DNA of 64,000 nt, taken from the IMG/VR virus record IMGVR_UViG_3300045135_001635. One strand, written 5' to 3'. Below are positions 10,366 through 20,497 of this stretch, in pieces. Numbering within the stretch: the first letter of the stretch is position 1; the number at the start of each line of letters is the position of its first letter. The position numbers and the translations under genes are program-made. The stretch comes from a virus. The notes below the pieces were generated by a model, which saw only the letters and a list, made by a program, of their open reading frames with translations, was not told the DNA's origin and did not search any database.

Positions 10366-12182
10366 TATAAGGTCACCTTGGCCATATCGGTTTCTACAAC
10401 ACTTTGTACGCTGAGTAACGGTTCATTAAGAGTGATTATATAATTACGTAATGGTCTAATCGTACTTGTGTTAGCAGGTTTTGCCGTAATTTTTAAAGAA
10501 GTTAAATTATCAACAGTAAAGCTATTCAAAATGACTAATCCATTCGCTGGATCATATGAACCTATATTTAAGAGTTTAACTTCATCATTTGTATCTAGTA
10601 GTTGTAATCTAGTTGAACCTAATTCGTTTCTAATATAACAATTTTGCCCCTTATATACAAACGACGAAGAAGTAATAATATGATCGTCTTTATCAGGAGA
10701 AGCTAATGTGAACGGGAATGATACGCTATAATCTTTATCTTGATTAGGAATAACGTCCGTTATTTCTTGTTGGGCAAATACGTTTATCTGAGAATTTAAA
10801 ATAGACGTAGATATAGAATCAATCTTATTTAATAATGAAGACCTACGGAAAGAAGCGTCAAATTTATTTAATTCTTTATTAAAGTGATTAATTATAACAT
10901 TTTGTACAGACGTTTGTAGTGACGCTGTTGAAGATCTACTCTTAGTTGTATCTACATTAAATGTAGCCTGTAATATCAACGACGTGATTTCAGGTTCTAC
11001 GAATATCGTTTCAATTGACATTATAGCTAAGTTTGAAGTTAACTCGTCTGCGATAGATTGCTTAATAATACCTTGAGTGTAAGAATCCATTCCGTCTTTA
11101 AATTGAAGACTTACAAAAACTTTACCTAATTGAGCCGGAACATTCTCATTACCACCCCAAGCAATCACACCATCTAAGTACGAACCATAATTATTAAATA
11201 TAACAGACTCATAATCATTCGCAGTAACTAATCGTTGTTGAGTTGTATAAAGTCTTGGCGCGTTAATTTTAATAGATTCAAGAGATTCTTTTTCATCACC
11301 ACCAGCAGACTCAGCTACTGTTGAAACTAAAACAGGATACGTGTTTCCGTTGAAACTGATATTACGTGTAGCAAAGGCGAATCCACCGTTAGCATCAGAA
11401 CCAACAGTCGTCATATAATCAACAACAATCTTATTACCCGCAACTGGAGCCTTACCTAATGTATTGCCGTCACTAAATTGAAGTTCGTAAGAACCTTGCG
11501 AGGTTTCACGAATAAGGTAAATCTGAGATTCGTCATTAATAGTACGAACGTTGTCGATATGATTATAGACAGTAAATTCGGTGGTATTGAAATCGTTATA
11601 TACTGAAACGCGAATTGTAGTTGTGTCTATATTAGTATCAGGAATAACAAATACTGGGTTGTCGCTATTATCACCAACAGCAAAAGTCTTTCTTTTAACA
11701 GTACCTTCTTTTAAAGTGATGTTAGGACTTCCTGCTGAGTTTTTAAACGTATATACACCATTTTCATTAGTAGCTGTATAGCTCTCTATTGTTTTGAATG
11801 AATAAGCAACTTCATCAACATCAACTAAAAATTCAGTATAAGGGTTTAAAACCATAACTTCAGGATTAGTTTCACCTTCAAGTTCTGCTACAGTAGCAGT
11901 AACTACAGCAGTAGAAGCGGTCGAAGACTTTGGAGTATATCCTAATGACTCAGCGTGAGCTAATACTGAAGAACGTAATTGCGCCGTACCTAAAAACGAT
12001 TCGTTGATTGCCATATTAGCGATCAATCCATTTAGGTGAGTGTTATATGATAGTACGTCTAAAATATTAGATACACCACTTGCTTCGAAATCGTAGTCGT
12101 CGAATTCGCCACTCTGTTTTAAAAACGTTTTAAGTTTCGTTTTAATATTGGCAAAATCTAAATCTGACGTTGAAATAGTCAT
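10365..12182 (-). CDS. gp6: baseplate wedge subunit gp6
   Basis: LDF..IK..LK.FL, DYDFEASG, ESFL.TAQLRSSV, Q.RLVTANDY. Confidence 0.95.
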   Translation of the reverse strand: MTISTSDLDFANIKTKLKTFLKQSGEFDDYDFEASGVSNILDVLSYNTHLNGLIANMAINESFLGTAQLRSSVLAHAESLGYTPKSSTASTAVVTATVAELEGETNPEVMVLNPYTEFLVDVDEVAYSFKTIESYTATNENGVYTFKNSAGSPNITLKEGTVKRKTFAVGDNSDNPVFVIPDTNIDTTTIRVSVYNDFNTTEFTVYNHIDNVRTINDESQIYLIRETSQGSYELQFSDGNTLGKAPVAGNKIVVDYMTTVGSDANGGFAFATRNISFNGNTYPVLVSTVAESAGGDEKESLESIKINAPRLYTTQQRLVTANDYESVIFNNYGSYLDGVIAWGGNENVPAQLGKVFVSLQFKDGMDSYTQGIIKQSIADELTSNLAIMSIETIFVEPEITSLILQATFNVDTTKSRSSTASLQTSVQNVIINHFNKELNKFDASFRRSSLLNKIDSISTSILNSQINVFAQQEITDVIPNQDKDYSVSFPFTLASPDKDDHIITSSSFVYKGQNCYIRNELGSTRLQLLDTNDEVKLLNIGSYDPANGLVILNSFTVDNLTSLKITAKPANTSTIRPLRNYIITLNEPLLSVQSVVETDMAKVTL

Positions 12183-12622
12183 TATCTGTTCCTCGATATA
12201 GTAACTGTCACTGAAGTTGTTTCTAATGTATTAATAACTTGAAATTCAACAGTAACTTCTGCCGAATAATAATCAGTGGAGAAATTTGTCTCGACACTGA
12301 GAACCCTAGCTCTTGGTTCATTGTTTTTTATAGTGTTAACTACGTAATTGGCGACGTCGCCCTCATCAACTTCAGTTGAAAGAGAGAAAATTAAGTCGTA
12401 TAAACCAGAACCGTAATATGGATTAAATGGCTTCTCACCTCGACGAGTGAGTAACAAATTCTTAACGGCTTGCTTTACAGCAGCTGCGTCAGTCTTTTTG
12501 TATATATCGCCAGAAAGTTTTGCTTCAAACGAACAGTCAATATCGCTGTATGATCTTGATACAGTTGTGGTGATTGGTCTGTTCGAAAGATTACCATCTT
12601 CGTTTGCGAATACTTTAGCCAT
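12182..12622 (-). CDS. gp25: baseplate wedge subunit gp25
   Basis: AVKQAVKNLLLT..GEKPFNP.YGS and EPRA motifs. Confidence 0.93.
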   Translation of the reverse strand: MAKVFANEDGNLSNRPITTTVSRSYSDIDCSFEAKLSGDIYKKTDAAAVKQAVKNLLLTRRGEKPFNPYYGSGLYDLIFSLSTEVDEGDVANYVVNTIKNNEPRARVLSVETNFSTDYYSAEVTVEFQVINTLETTSVTVTISRNR

Positions 12623-12647
12623 TTTGAACCTTAAACTCTTTTCTTTT

Positions 12648-12655
12648 TATTTATA
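12648..12655 (-). promoter_or_regulatory. late promoter TATAAATA upstream of gp25
   Basis: Exact consensus. Confidence 0.7.
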
Positions 12656-13955
12656 CGGAAAGTTTAAGGTCAAATGACGTTGGAATGCCTAATAGTTTTA
12701 AAACATCACAAAAAGTGAGCGTGATAAGGTCAAGTATCTTGGACAAGCCTATCTTTTTTAAGAACTTTTTAATCTTCTTAATCCACATAAACAGTAGTTC
12801 TTTTTGCCATTGAGCGAACCAGTTCTTTGCTTGTTTGACTAAGTCTGCTATGAGTTCTTCGCCACACAGAACGTTTTCATCAATCTTCTTACCTAATATC
12901 TCAACAAGACTCTTACCGAAGATTGTTACCTTTTCAAGTTGTTCAACGATATAACCCGTGACACTGAAGTTTTCTATCTTATCCTTGAGCGCTTCCGCTT
13001 TATCTCGTAAGCTATCAATATGACCTTGAATGAATGCTGCTACGTCAAACGATAGTATGGCAGGGATGTCAGGTAAGCCCAACGCCTTCCATATCTTTTT
13101 AAACTTCTTAATAAGTGCTTCGAATGCTTTAAACATCGCGTTCGTACACCATTCCATTATTTCCGTCTTAATATATTGCCAAGTGTACTTTGCTCGCCAC
13201 TCGTCACATTTAATACCAAACTCGCCATTAAAGAATTGATATGCTTTAGGTAGTAAAGGGAATATATCTTCAAGCTTGTCGACGATCTCACCTTGAATTC
13301 TTTTTTGTTCTTCACGTTCAAATATTTTCAAAACGTTTATGTTAATCCCAAATATATTAACATTAAAATCAACAGGGATTAGTTTGGAAATCATATCAAG
13401 TATTTTAACTGGAATGAATATGTGAAGTTCTTGGATAAGTTCGTCCCAAGCGTCTTTGGCTTCTTTCTGCCAATTACGTATCTTACCTTTGGACCAATAC
13501 GGAGATAGAATATCAGCAATCTTCTCCATCACATCTTCTATCTTTTGAATGATACTATTAATTTGTTCAACTACATCATCAGCAAGTTCGCGTCTTGCGT
13601 CAATTAGCTTTTGTTTTAACTGAGAAGGAATCTGAGCTATCTTATTAAATTGCTCTACTATTTCAGCTTTCGTTGGTAGTGTACCGTCACACTCAATCGA
13701 GAAGCCTTGTAGATTTATCGCCGAAGCACCTAGTAATCCAAGCAACTCATATTCTTTTTTAGATACCGTTGAGAAGTTAGTTGGAGGAATGATTGGCGTG
13801 ATACTGCCTATTGGATTAGCAATTTCAGGCAAGTCTGTATAAAGCACGCCAGCAGAAGTAGCGTCTGAGCTAAGTCCAACAGATACTAAATTTTCACCCA
13901 AGAATACCTTGTCGATTCGTTGAGAACCAAGATATATCTTCTCAATACCAGCCAT
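12651..13955 (-). CDS. hypothetical helical protein in baseplate operon
   Basis: 434-aa ORF with many amphipathic Trp/Lys-rich helices; co-oriented with baseplate genes. Confidence 0.6.
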   Translation of the reverse strand: MAGIEKIYLGSQRIDKVFLGENLVSVGLSSDATSAGVLYTDLPEIANPIGSITPIIPPTNFSTVSKKEYELLGLLGASAINLQGFSIECDGTLPTKAEIVEQFNKIAQIPSQLKQKLIDARRELADDVVEQINSIIQKIEDVMEKIADILSPYWSKGKIRNWQKEAKDAWDELIQELHIFIPVKILDMISKLIPVDFNVNIFGININVLKIFEREEQKRIQGEIVDKLEDIFPLLPKAYQFFNGEFGIKCDEWRAKYTWQYIKTEIMEWCTNAMFKAFEALIKKFKKIWKALGLPDIPAILSFDVAAFIQGHIDSLRDKAEALKDKIENFSVTGYIVEQLEKVTIFGKSLVEILGKKIDENVLCGEELIADLVKQAKNWFAQWQKELLFMWIKKIKKFLKKIGLSKILDLITLTFCDVLKLLGIPTSFDLKLSV

Positions 13956-14150
13956 TTAACTACTCGCTACAGAACCAGAACCTGTTCCACTTGAAATTAT
14001 AAAATAAAGTGTTTGAGGATCAGGATTATCAATAGATTCATATTCTTCTTCAGTACCTGTCCATATCATTTTACCTACAGTCAGTTGGTCACCCGAAGGG
14101 AAGTTTTGATCTTTTAGCGCATCAGCTATTTGAGCATCTATGTCTAACAT
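13956..14150 (-). CDS. small tail-associated protein
   Basis: WTGTEEEYESIDNPDPQTLYFI motif resembling small phage tail/fibre-associated repeats. Confidence 0.55.
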   Translation of the reverse strand: MLDIDAQIADALKDQNFPSGDQLTVGKMIWTGTEEEYESIDNPDPQTLYFIISSGTGSGSVASS

Positions 14151-14158
14151 CTTATCAC

Positions 14159-14755
14159 CTATGAATTAAGTTTAATTTGTTCACTGCCGTTTACTTCAAC
14201 AACAGGAGCAGAAACAGATACAGCAACGCTTGCTTCAATGATTACCTTCTTCGCAGCTTTGATTTTAATATCAGCGTGAGGTGTATCAATTACAATATTG
14301 CCGTCTTCATCCATCTCATAATATTGACCCTTACCGTGTTGTTCACGTATACGGCGCTTTCCTTCAGTGTCGTCATACTCTTTATAATGACCAAGTTCAG
14401 TTTGATAAACTTTGTTGTGTGGATAGTTAGCGTTAGCTTTATCGTTATCATCACCCTCTTTCGGTATCGTTCCAATAACCATCGGGAGTTGAGAGTTCTG
14501 ACCATCAAGGAACATACCAAATACTTGAGAACCTTTTAACAAGCCAAGATATTGACCATTTCCTTCGTGAGCACCTTGCGTAATAGGTACAACTATTTGC
14601 GCCCAAGGTAAGTCTTTGTCTTCTATTTCATCATACACACCGAACACACGAACCTTTGCTCGTCCTAATTTTTTAGGGTCTTGTAAGTCAACAACAACCC
14701 CGACAAACCAACGAGTTTGGTCACCATAGAAATTTATAAAACTATTTGGTATCAT
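14159..14755 (-). CDS. gp5: baseplate spike gp5 (OB-fold + short beta-helix, no lysozyme domain)
   Basis: WFVGVVVD..DP..LGRAKVRVFG, LPWA, VFGMFLDG...Q.PMVIG, YPHNKV..T..GH..EYDDT.G..RI. Confidence 0.9.
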   Translation of the reverse strand: MIPNSFINFYGDQTRWFVGVVVDLQDPKKLGRAKVRVFGVYDEIEDKDLPWAQIVVPITQGAHEGNGQYLGLLKGSQVFGMFLDGQNSQLPMVIGTIPKEGDDNDKANANYPHNKVYQTELGHYKEYDDTEGKRRIREQHGKGQYYEMDEDGNIVIDTPHADIKIKAAKKVIIEASVAVSVSAPVVEVNGSEQIKLNS

Positions 14756-16074
14756 ACTTCACCATTAGATAATTTAACGCCAGTAAAAGATATATCATAC
14801 CCCTCACGACGGAATGCGTGCTTCGCGGTTAATAATAAGAAATGACCAGACTTCTTTGAATCAAGTCGGTTATCGCTCGCGCCTTGGTCTACTATGTTAC
14901 GTAAAAATCTAATATCTAATTTATTACCAATTGTATTATTACCTTCATTTTGTAAGAAGTCAATACCGTTTACTCGAATCTTAATAGGTTGTTTCATTAA
15001 CAGTCCATACATTGCTCGACTAATAGAATTTAATTTATACATTCCTTTAGTATCATTCTCAGATAATGTCTTTTGTTTTTCAAACGCGTCAGTTCCCCCT
15101 ATTTGAGATATGACTCGACTTTGTATATTGTTAAATGATTTTCCATTTAGGTTATACTGACTCGAAAATAGAGGTGACTTTTTAACTTCGCCGTCATTCT
15201 GAAACGTTTTAATAACATCTTTAGCTAAATCAAAATCAATAGACTTAATCTCATTCTTAGTTATATCAATGTAATTATGACGAGCGCCAACAGCACCCTT
15301 CCCTATAAGTTCAAATAAATTTTCTGTATTATTATAGTCATAATGTAAAATAGTTCTACGTCTTGGTTTATCAGAATAATTATCATCAACACTTGGTATA
15401 GTAGATTCAGTGTAAGTATATGGTTCACCTACATTAGAAGCTGGTCTTTCCATCATAGTCTTTAAGTCTGCGAATAATAATTCATCTTGACCAAACGTAG
15501 AGAACAAATAAAACGGATATCCTTTAGAAGTGGTTGCCTTATTTTTAATCCAAGACATAGCATTCAATGGAGTTAAGTTAGGCACTATTACTTTAAAATC
15601 TTGAGTATCTTTTGATGATGTCAATATAGTTTTGTTTAGATAACCTTTAGAAATCTTATTAATGATGTCAGTAGGACTTCCGCTATACGACTTATTAACA
15701 TTGAATAGGTTAGACTTATATGCTACATCTTCTATTAAATGTAAGACGATAGCATTACCTGCTGTAGAGCCTTTACCTGTCGTGATAATCTTAGTAATAT
15801 AAAATGTCTTTTTAACAGAGACGGCAATTTGACTATTTACTCGAACTTTAATGTCAACAGTTTCCGCACCACTAATATCTAAACCGCCAACAACATCTTC
15901 GGTATCTAAAAACGAAATCAACCCAGTCAAATAAGGCTTGTCAAGATGCTCGAAAATATCCAAGTCAGTTACACTATTGGCTATGTCAACGCGCACTGAG
16001 TTTCTGTCTGAACGAATTACAACTGATTCGAACGCTATAGCTGATTGTTTTTCTAATGCCGAAGGGTTAATCAT
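14752..16074 (-). CDS. baseplate hub protein (gp27-like)
   Basis: IFEHLDKPYLTG and C-terminal SG.FL.....H.F motifs; position between gp53 and gp5. Confidence 0.6.
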   Translation of the reverse strand: MINPSALEKQSAIAFESVVIRSDRNSVRVDIANSVTDLDIFEHLDKPYLTGLISFLDTEDVVGGLDISGAETVDIKVRVNSQIAVSVKKTFYITKIITTGKGSTAGNAIVLHLIEDVAYKSNLFNVNKSYSGSPTDIINKISKGYLNKTILTSSKDTQDFKVIVPNLTPLNAMSWIKNKATTSKGYPFYLFSTFGQDELLFADLKTMMERPASNVGEPYTYTESTIPSVDDNYSDKPRRRTILHYDYNNTENLFELIGKGAVGARHNYIDITKNEIKSIDFDLAKDVIKTFQNDGEVKKSPLFSSQYNLNGKSFNNIQSRVISQIGGTDAFEKQKTLSENDTKGMYKLNSISRAMYGLLMKQPIKIRVNGIDFLQNEGNNTIGNKLDIRFLRNIVDQGASDNRLDSKKSGHFLLLTAKHAFRREGYDISFTGVKLSNGEV

Positions 16075-16790
16075 TATTCTTTCACCGCATCTCTAAATGC
16101 CAATACCACTTGGTTCACTATGTCAGGACGTAATACTGTAATTTGTCGTTGTTTATCGTTCTGACTAATATAATAATCTTGTTGAGAAACTTCGGTAACA
16201 AATTGACCGTCAGGTGTAAATTGGTCATAATCAATTTCTTCGCCGTCAGCATTTAAGTGAAGTCTTGGGGCGAGATGTTCTGGCGTCGCGCTTAATATAG
16301 TGATTGTTTTATCAGTACCGATTTCTCCAACTAACTCGTTGGCTATAAATGAACCAGTAACATCTTCCAATACTACGTGACCAAGATTTAGATCCCTAAA
16401 TGCTACCGTACCTTCGGCACCACTAATATTACCACGAACCTGAGTACCCACTTTGAATTTATCGAATATCTCGTCAGTTGTTCTTAAAACGAGTCCTGGA
16501 TAATCAGTTTTAACTTTCTCTATTACATCAAGATTTTTCATTGGCCAACCTAAATCGCGAATAGAATCATTCAATAAGTATAACGTCCAATGTAGTTCGG
16601 CGTTCTTATATAATTTAAATGCTACTTGGTCAGGTCTTTCGCCATCCATAATATAATAAGAGGAATAGTACGATCCATTGTTTTTAATTTCATCTATGAC
16701 TTCTGCGTAAACAGTCAAGTCTTTCATCGCAGCAACATTTCCGTCGCCAAATGAATAAAGAACCTTTGGGAAATTCTTAAAGTAAGCCAT
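16074..16790 (-). CDS. gp53: baseplate wedge subunit gp53
   Basis: MAYFKNFP, DGERPDQVAFKLY....HW...LLN, N...R.I.VL.P. Confidence 0.9.
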   Translation of the reverse strand: MAYFKNFPKVLYSFGDGNVAAMKDLTVYAEVIDEIKNNGSYYSSYYIMDGERPDQVAFKLYKNAELHWTLYLLNDSIRDLGWPMKNLDVIEKVKTDYPGLVLRTTDEIFDKFKVGTQVRGNISGAEGTVAFRDLNLGHVVLEDVTGSFIANELVGEIGTDKTITILSATPEHLAPRLHLNADGEEIDYDQFTPDGQFVTEVSQQDYYISQNDKQRQITVLRPDIVNQVVLAFRDAVKE

Positions 16791-17929
16791 TATAAACTAC
16801 CTTCTGAATATTGTTCTAGAATCGCAGCACGATCTAATGTTTTCTCTTCAACAAAGTTAAGTGTTAAATCTATCTCAGCAGGAGTTCCGTCTTTATGGAA
16901 AGTCATAGTAGATGGGTTATATGTAGTTGAGATACCCTTCAAGAAGCACTTCTGAAACTTCTGACCAACCGTTACATCTCTTCCATCAGGCGTTTTATAT
17001 TTAACAATAATGTCAAATAAATCAGGAAATTTAAATCCGTAATCAATACCACCAGCTGTAATACTTTCTGGATAAGCTGCGATTCTAAAACGTTTAATTA
17101 TATCTTCTACGACTTTAGATTCTTCTTTTGATTTAGGGATAAATTTGAATGTAAATGAGAACTCTCTAATAGCGACACCTTTAAATGCTGCTCGAGTATT
17201 TGGGTTCATCGTAACTGCGCCAGCAATAGAGATACCTTCTGCGATTTCTGGAGAAGCTTTATTTGCTAATCTAATTGCTCCGAGGGTGGTCGCATCTGCG
17301 CCTGTTGTATTACCTGTAACCGTATCAACTAAGCTTGTAATGCCTTTACTAAACGCGTCAACTCCTGCTCTTAAAGCGCCTTCGCCAGAACCTACTGCGC
17401 CGAATGTTAATGCGCCAGTCATACCCAAATTAGGGGTATCGTAATTCAAGCCGTCATTGAAGGTTAGTGCTGTAGGTAAAAATAATTTAACACTACCACC
17501 CTTTATTTTAACGTCTCTTTTCGTAAGTACGGTCGGAACTTCATCAGATTCAAGTACACTTTTATACAAATTATCAGCGCCTTGCGCTACAGACTCGGCA
17601 GTAACCTTACCGTCCCAAACATCAACAGAAAAATCACCGATAGCGCTCACACCATTAAGAAAACCTTGTAATGGATTAAAGCCCTCGAATAAAGAACCAA
17701 CACCCTGTGTTTGTGCTTTCTCTAAACCATCGGATAAACCTCCTGCGACGGTTTCGGAAACAGATTCAGAAACTGTAGGTGGCGTTATTTCATATGGTTG
17801 AAAAGTTATAGACGCAGAGTATCTGTCTTCGTGTTCAATTGGGTACACTAAACTTTGATTATTTTTCTTATCTTCTTCCATTAAATCACTAACGGTTTTT
17901 CCTTTAGTAATTTGTATCTTTTCTGCCAT
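16790..17929 (-). CDS. gp48: baseplate tail tube cap gp48 (start revised to MAEKIQ at 17929)
   Basis: NP.....FKGV..REFSFTFKFIPKS.EES, P..F.I, C.L..I...YNP, L.L.F.E; late promoter lies just upstream of 17929. Confidence 0.85.
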   Translation of the reverse strand: MAEKIQITKGKTVSDLMEEDKKNNQSLVYPIEHEDRYSASITFQPYEITPPTVSESVSETVAGGLSDGLEKAQTQGVGSLFEGFNPLQGFLNGVSAIGDFSVDVWDGKVTAESVAQGADNLYKSVLESDEVPTVLTKRDVKIKGGSVKLFLPTALTFNDGLNYDTPNLGMTGALTFGAVGSGEGALRAGVDAFSKGITSLVDTVTGNTTGADATTLGAIRLANKASPEIAEGISIAGAVTMNPNTRAAFKGVAIREFSFTFKFIPKSKEESKVVEDIIKRFRIAAYPESITAGGIDYGFKFPDLFDIIVKYKTPDGRDVTVGQKFQKCFLKGISTTYNPSTMTFHKDGTPAEIDLTLNFVEEKTLDRAAILEQYSEGSL

Positions 17930-17941
17930 CAGAGTTCTCGC

Positions 17942-17966
17942 TATAAATACATTGTAACTATTTATA
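17942..17966. promoter_or_regulatory. pair of opposed late promoters (TATAAATA + strand 17942-17949; - strand 17959-17966)
   Basis: Two exact consensus boxes in the 50-bp gap between divergent gp48 and gp4. Confidence 0.8.
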
Positions 17967-17979
17967 ACTAAAAGAATAA

Positions 17980-18495
17980 ATGAAAACATATAAAGGTAGA
18001 TACAAACCAAAGAACCCTAAAAAGTATGCTGGCGATCCTGATAATGTCGTTTATCGCTCAATGTGGGAACGACACGTTATGCGTTGGTGTGATGATAATG
18101 TAAACGTTGCTCAGTGGGTATCTGAAGAAGTGGTCATTCCTTATATTTGTGGAACCGATAACCGACCGCATCGCTACTTTATGGACTTTGCGATTCAATT
18201 CACCGACGGTAAAAAGATATTGGTCGAAGTCAAACCATTCAAAGAGACTAAGAAGCCAGAAAAGAAACAAGGTAAGACTCGAAAAACATTACTCAACGAG
18301 AGTATGACGTATGTCAAGAACCAATCTAAATGGAGTGCTGCGAGAGAGTATGCGCTTGACCGTGGTTGGCATTTTGAGATATGGACGGAGAAGGAGTTGA
18401 CGGCGATGGGGATCATGCCTAAGTCGACACGTAAACCGTTTGCTAAGAAGCCACTTAAAAAACTCCCACCATTCCGTAAAAAGAAAGCTAAATAG
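17980..18495 (+). CDS. gp4: head completion nuclease gp4
   Basis: YKGRYKPKNPKKY.GD...VVYRS.WE, W.SEE..IPY, HRYF.DF, EVKP, N..KW.AA. Confidence 0.95.
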   Translation: MKTYKGRYKPKNPKKYAGDPDNVVYRSMWERHVMRWCDDNVNVAQWVSEEVVIPYICGTDNRPHRYFMDFAIQFTDGKKILVEVKPFKETKKPEKKQGKTRKTLLNESMTYVKNQSKWSAAREYALDRGWHFEIWTEKELTAMGIMPKSTRKPFAKKPLKKLPPFRKKKAK

Positions 18496-18521
18496 TATTA
18501 TAGTTTTTAACGGAGACCCAA

Positions 18522-19112
18522 GTGTCTAACATATTTCAGAAATTAGAGATTGAAGCATTTCGCGCAGGTATTACACCTCGCACGAAAGAGTCGCGTAAGT
18601 GGTTCATGAATAAAATCAAGAACATGCGTAACATCAACCGCGAATCTTTGATGAAGGCTGAACCGTTAAAACAAAAGAATGATGGCGTGGTTGGTAACAT
18701 GTATATGTTTCAGTATGATCCGAAGCATAAAGAAACGTTGCCATACTACGATACATTCCCATTAGTAGTTGTGATCGGACCAGCCAAAGGCGGATTCCTT
18801 GGTCTCAACCTTCATTACCTTCCTCCTCAATTACGAGCGAAGTTACTTGATGGACTAATGGATATTACATCTGACAAAAGATATAATGACTCTACTCGCT
18901 TCAAGGCTTCGTACGAGTTATTAGCAAGGTCAGCAAAATTAAAATACTTTAAACCTTGTTTGAAGCATTACTTGAACGAGCAAGTACAAAGTAATTTCGC
19001 TTTAGTACCTGCGCCTGAGTGGGAGATAGCAACATTTCTTCCGACGGCAGACTTCCGTAAAGCTAACAACTTCAAGGTATACTCTGACTCTAAGGCAATG
19101 ATCAATGGCTAG
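18522..19112 (+). CDS. gp2: DNA end protector protein gp2
   Basis: YDPKHK.TLPYYD.FPLV, GFLGLNLHYLPP..R. Confidence 0.93.
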   Translation: MSNIFQKLEIEAFRAGITPRTKESRKWFMNKIKNMRNINRESLMKAEPLKQKNDGVVGNMYMFQYDPKHKETLPYYDTFPLVVVIGPAKGGFLGLNLHYLPPQLRAKLLDGLMDITSDKRYNDSTRFKASYELLARSAKLKYFKPCLKHYLNEQVQSNFALVPAPEWEIATFLPTADFRKANNFKVYSDSKAMING

Positions 19113-19749
19113 TATAGAACAATTAAAAAGTCAAATGAATAAGACAGCTGGTATCGCATTGACGAACCAGTTTGCTGTTCAATTACCAACGATTGATGGT
19201 TACGAAGCCAGATCATTGAACTTATTATGTAAGAACGTTACATTACCAGGAAAGCAGATCACAACAAAAGATAGAATGATTGGTTTGTTCAATGAGAAGA
19301 TTGTTGATGGATTCATTGTCGAAGATGTTTCCATGACATTCTATGTACTAAACGACTATCACACCAAGTTATATTTTGATGCTTGGAAATCATTAATGGT
19401 TGATGAGAAAACTGGTGCTGTCGGGTATAAGAAAGATTATCAAAAGAGAATTACAATCCATCAGTTAAAGAAGCCAGACGGTTCTGGTGTGCTTGGTAAA
19501 GAGTATAGTGCTGATTTAAATATCGGCGGTATCTTTAGTGCTGGCATAGATTTTTACGCGAACTCTATATATTCAGTCGATCTACTTGATGCGTTCCCAA
19601 CAAGTTTATCAGCTATAGAGCTTACGAATGACCCTGATGGATTGGTCGAGATGACTGTACAATTCTCTTATACTAATTGGGAAGTGAAGCAAGACTTATT
19701 ATCGAAACTGAATCGCGGTATCAAATTTGATATCGGAAACATTATTTAA
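19105..19749 (+). CDS. gp54: baseplate tail tube initiator gp54-like (tube fold)
   Basis: LC..V.LPG, F..W, L.DAFP......L, V.FSY..W; synteny gp2-gp54-gp26. Confidence 0.7.
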   Translation: MASIEQLKSQMNKTAGIALTNQFAVQLPTIDGYEARSLNLLCKNVTLPGKQITTKDRMIGLFNEKIVDGFIVEDVSMTFYVLNDYHTKLYFDAWKSLMVDEKTGAVGYKKDYQKRITIHQLKKPDGSGVLGKEYSADLNIGGIFSAGIDFYANSIYSVDLLDAFPTSLSAIELTNDPDGLVEMTVQFSYTNWEVKQDLLSKLNRGIKFDIGNII

Positions 19750-19766
19750 ATTATAAAGGATATACA

Positions 19767-20474
19767 ATGGCATTACCTAAGTTAAACTCTACACCGAGTT
19801 ATACAGTGAAAGTACCTTCTACTGGTCAACAAGTTTCATTTAGACCTTTTTTAGTGAAGGAACAAAAGAATTTATTAATCGCATTAGAGACTCAGGATCG
19901 TAAAGATCTACTGAAAGCGATTGTAAAAACGATTGAACATTGTGTAGAAGATGAAATTAAATCTCCAATGACAACGGTCGACGTAGATTATCTATTTACT
20001 ATGATCCGTTCTAAGTCAGTTGGTGAAAATGCCGAGATTTATCTTGAATGTAGTAACTGCGAAACAGCGAATAAGATAAGTGTAGATTTAGAATCTTTAG
20101 AAATAGCAAACTTAGATAAACCAAGTAAAATTGAAATATCAAAAGGCATCAGCATAAAGATGCGTTGTCCGACCTATATGGAATTTTTAGAAAGTACTGA
20201 TTTAAGCAAGAGTGAAAGTCAGTCACAACTTATATTCGAACTTGTTATCATATGTATGGAAGCAGTCCTTACTGAAGAAGAACGAGTCGCTATCTCAGAT
20301 GAGAAGCGTGAAGATATAGTTAATTTTTTAGAATCTATGACCGCAGCGCAATATGAGAAGTTGGCGAATTTTATTTTAGAACTTCCATACTTGTATAAAG
20401 ATATTGAATACAAGTGTACTGAATGCGGAACCGAAAATAAGAAAACACTACAAGGAATGGACGATTTTTTTTAA
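19767..20474 (+). CDS. gp26: baseplate hub assembly protein gp26
   Basis: MALPKL..P.Y....PSTG....FRPFLVKEQK, IRSKSVGE, two CxxC, ends G..DFF. Confidence 0.93.
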   Translation: MALPKLNSTPSYTVKVPSTGQQVSFRPFLVKEQKNLLIALETQDRKDLLKAIVKTIEHCVEDEIKSPMTTVDVDYLFTMIRSKSVGENAEIYLECSNCETANKISVDLESLEIANLDKPSKIEISKGISIKMRCPTYMEFLESTDLSKSESQSQLIFELVIICMEAVLTEEERVAISDEKREDIVNFLESMTAAQYEKLANFILELPYLYKDIEYKCTECGTENKKTLQGMDDFF

Positions 20475-20497
20475 TTAACCTCTCTCATGATAACTTG

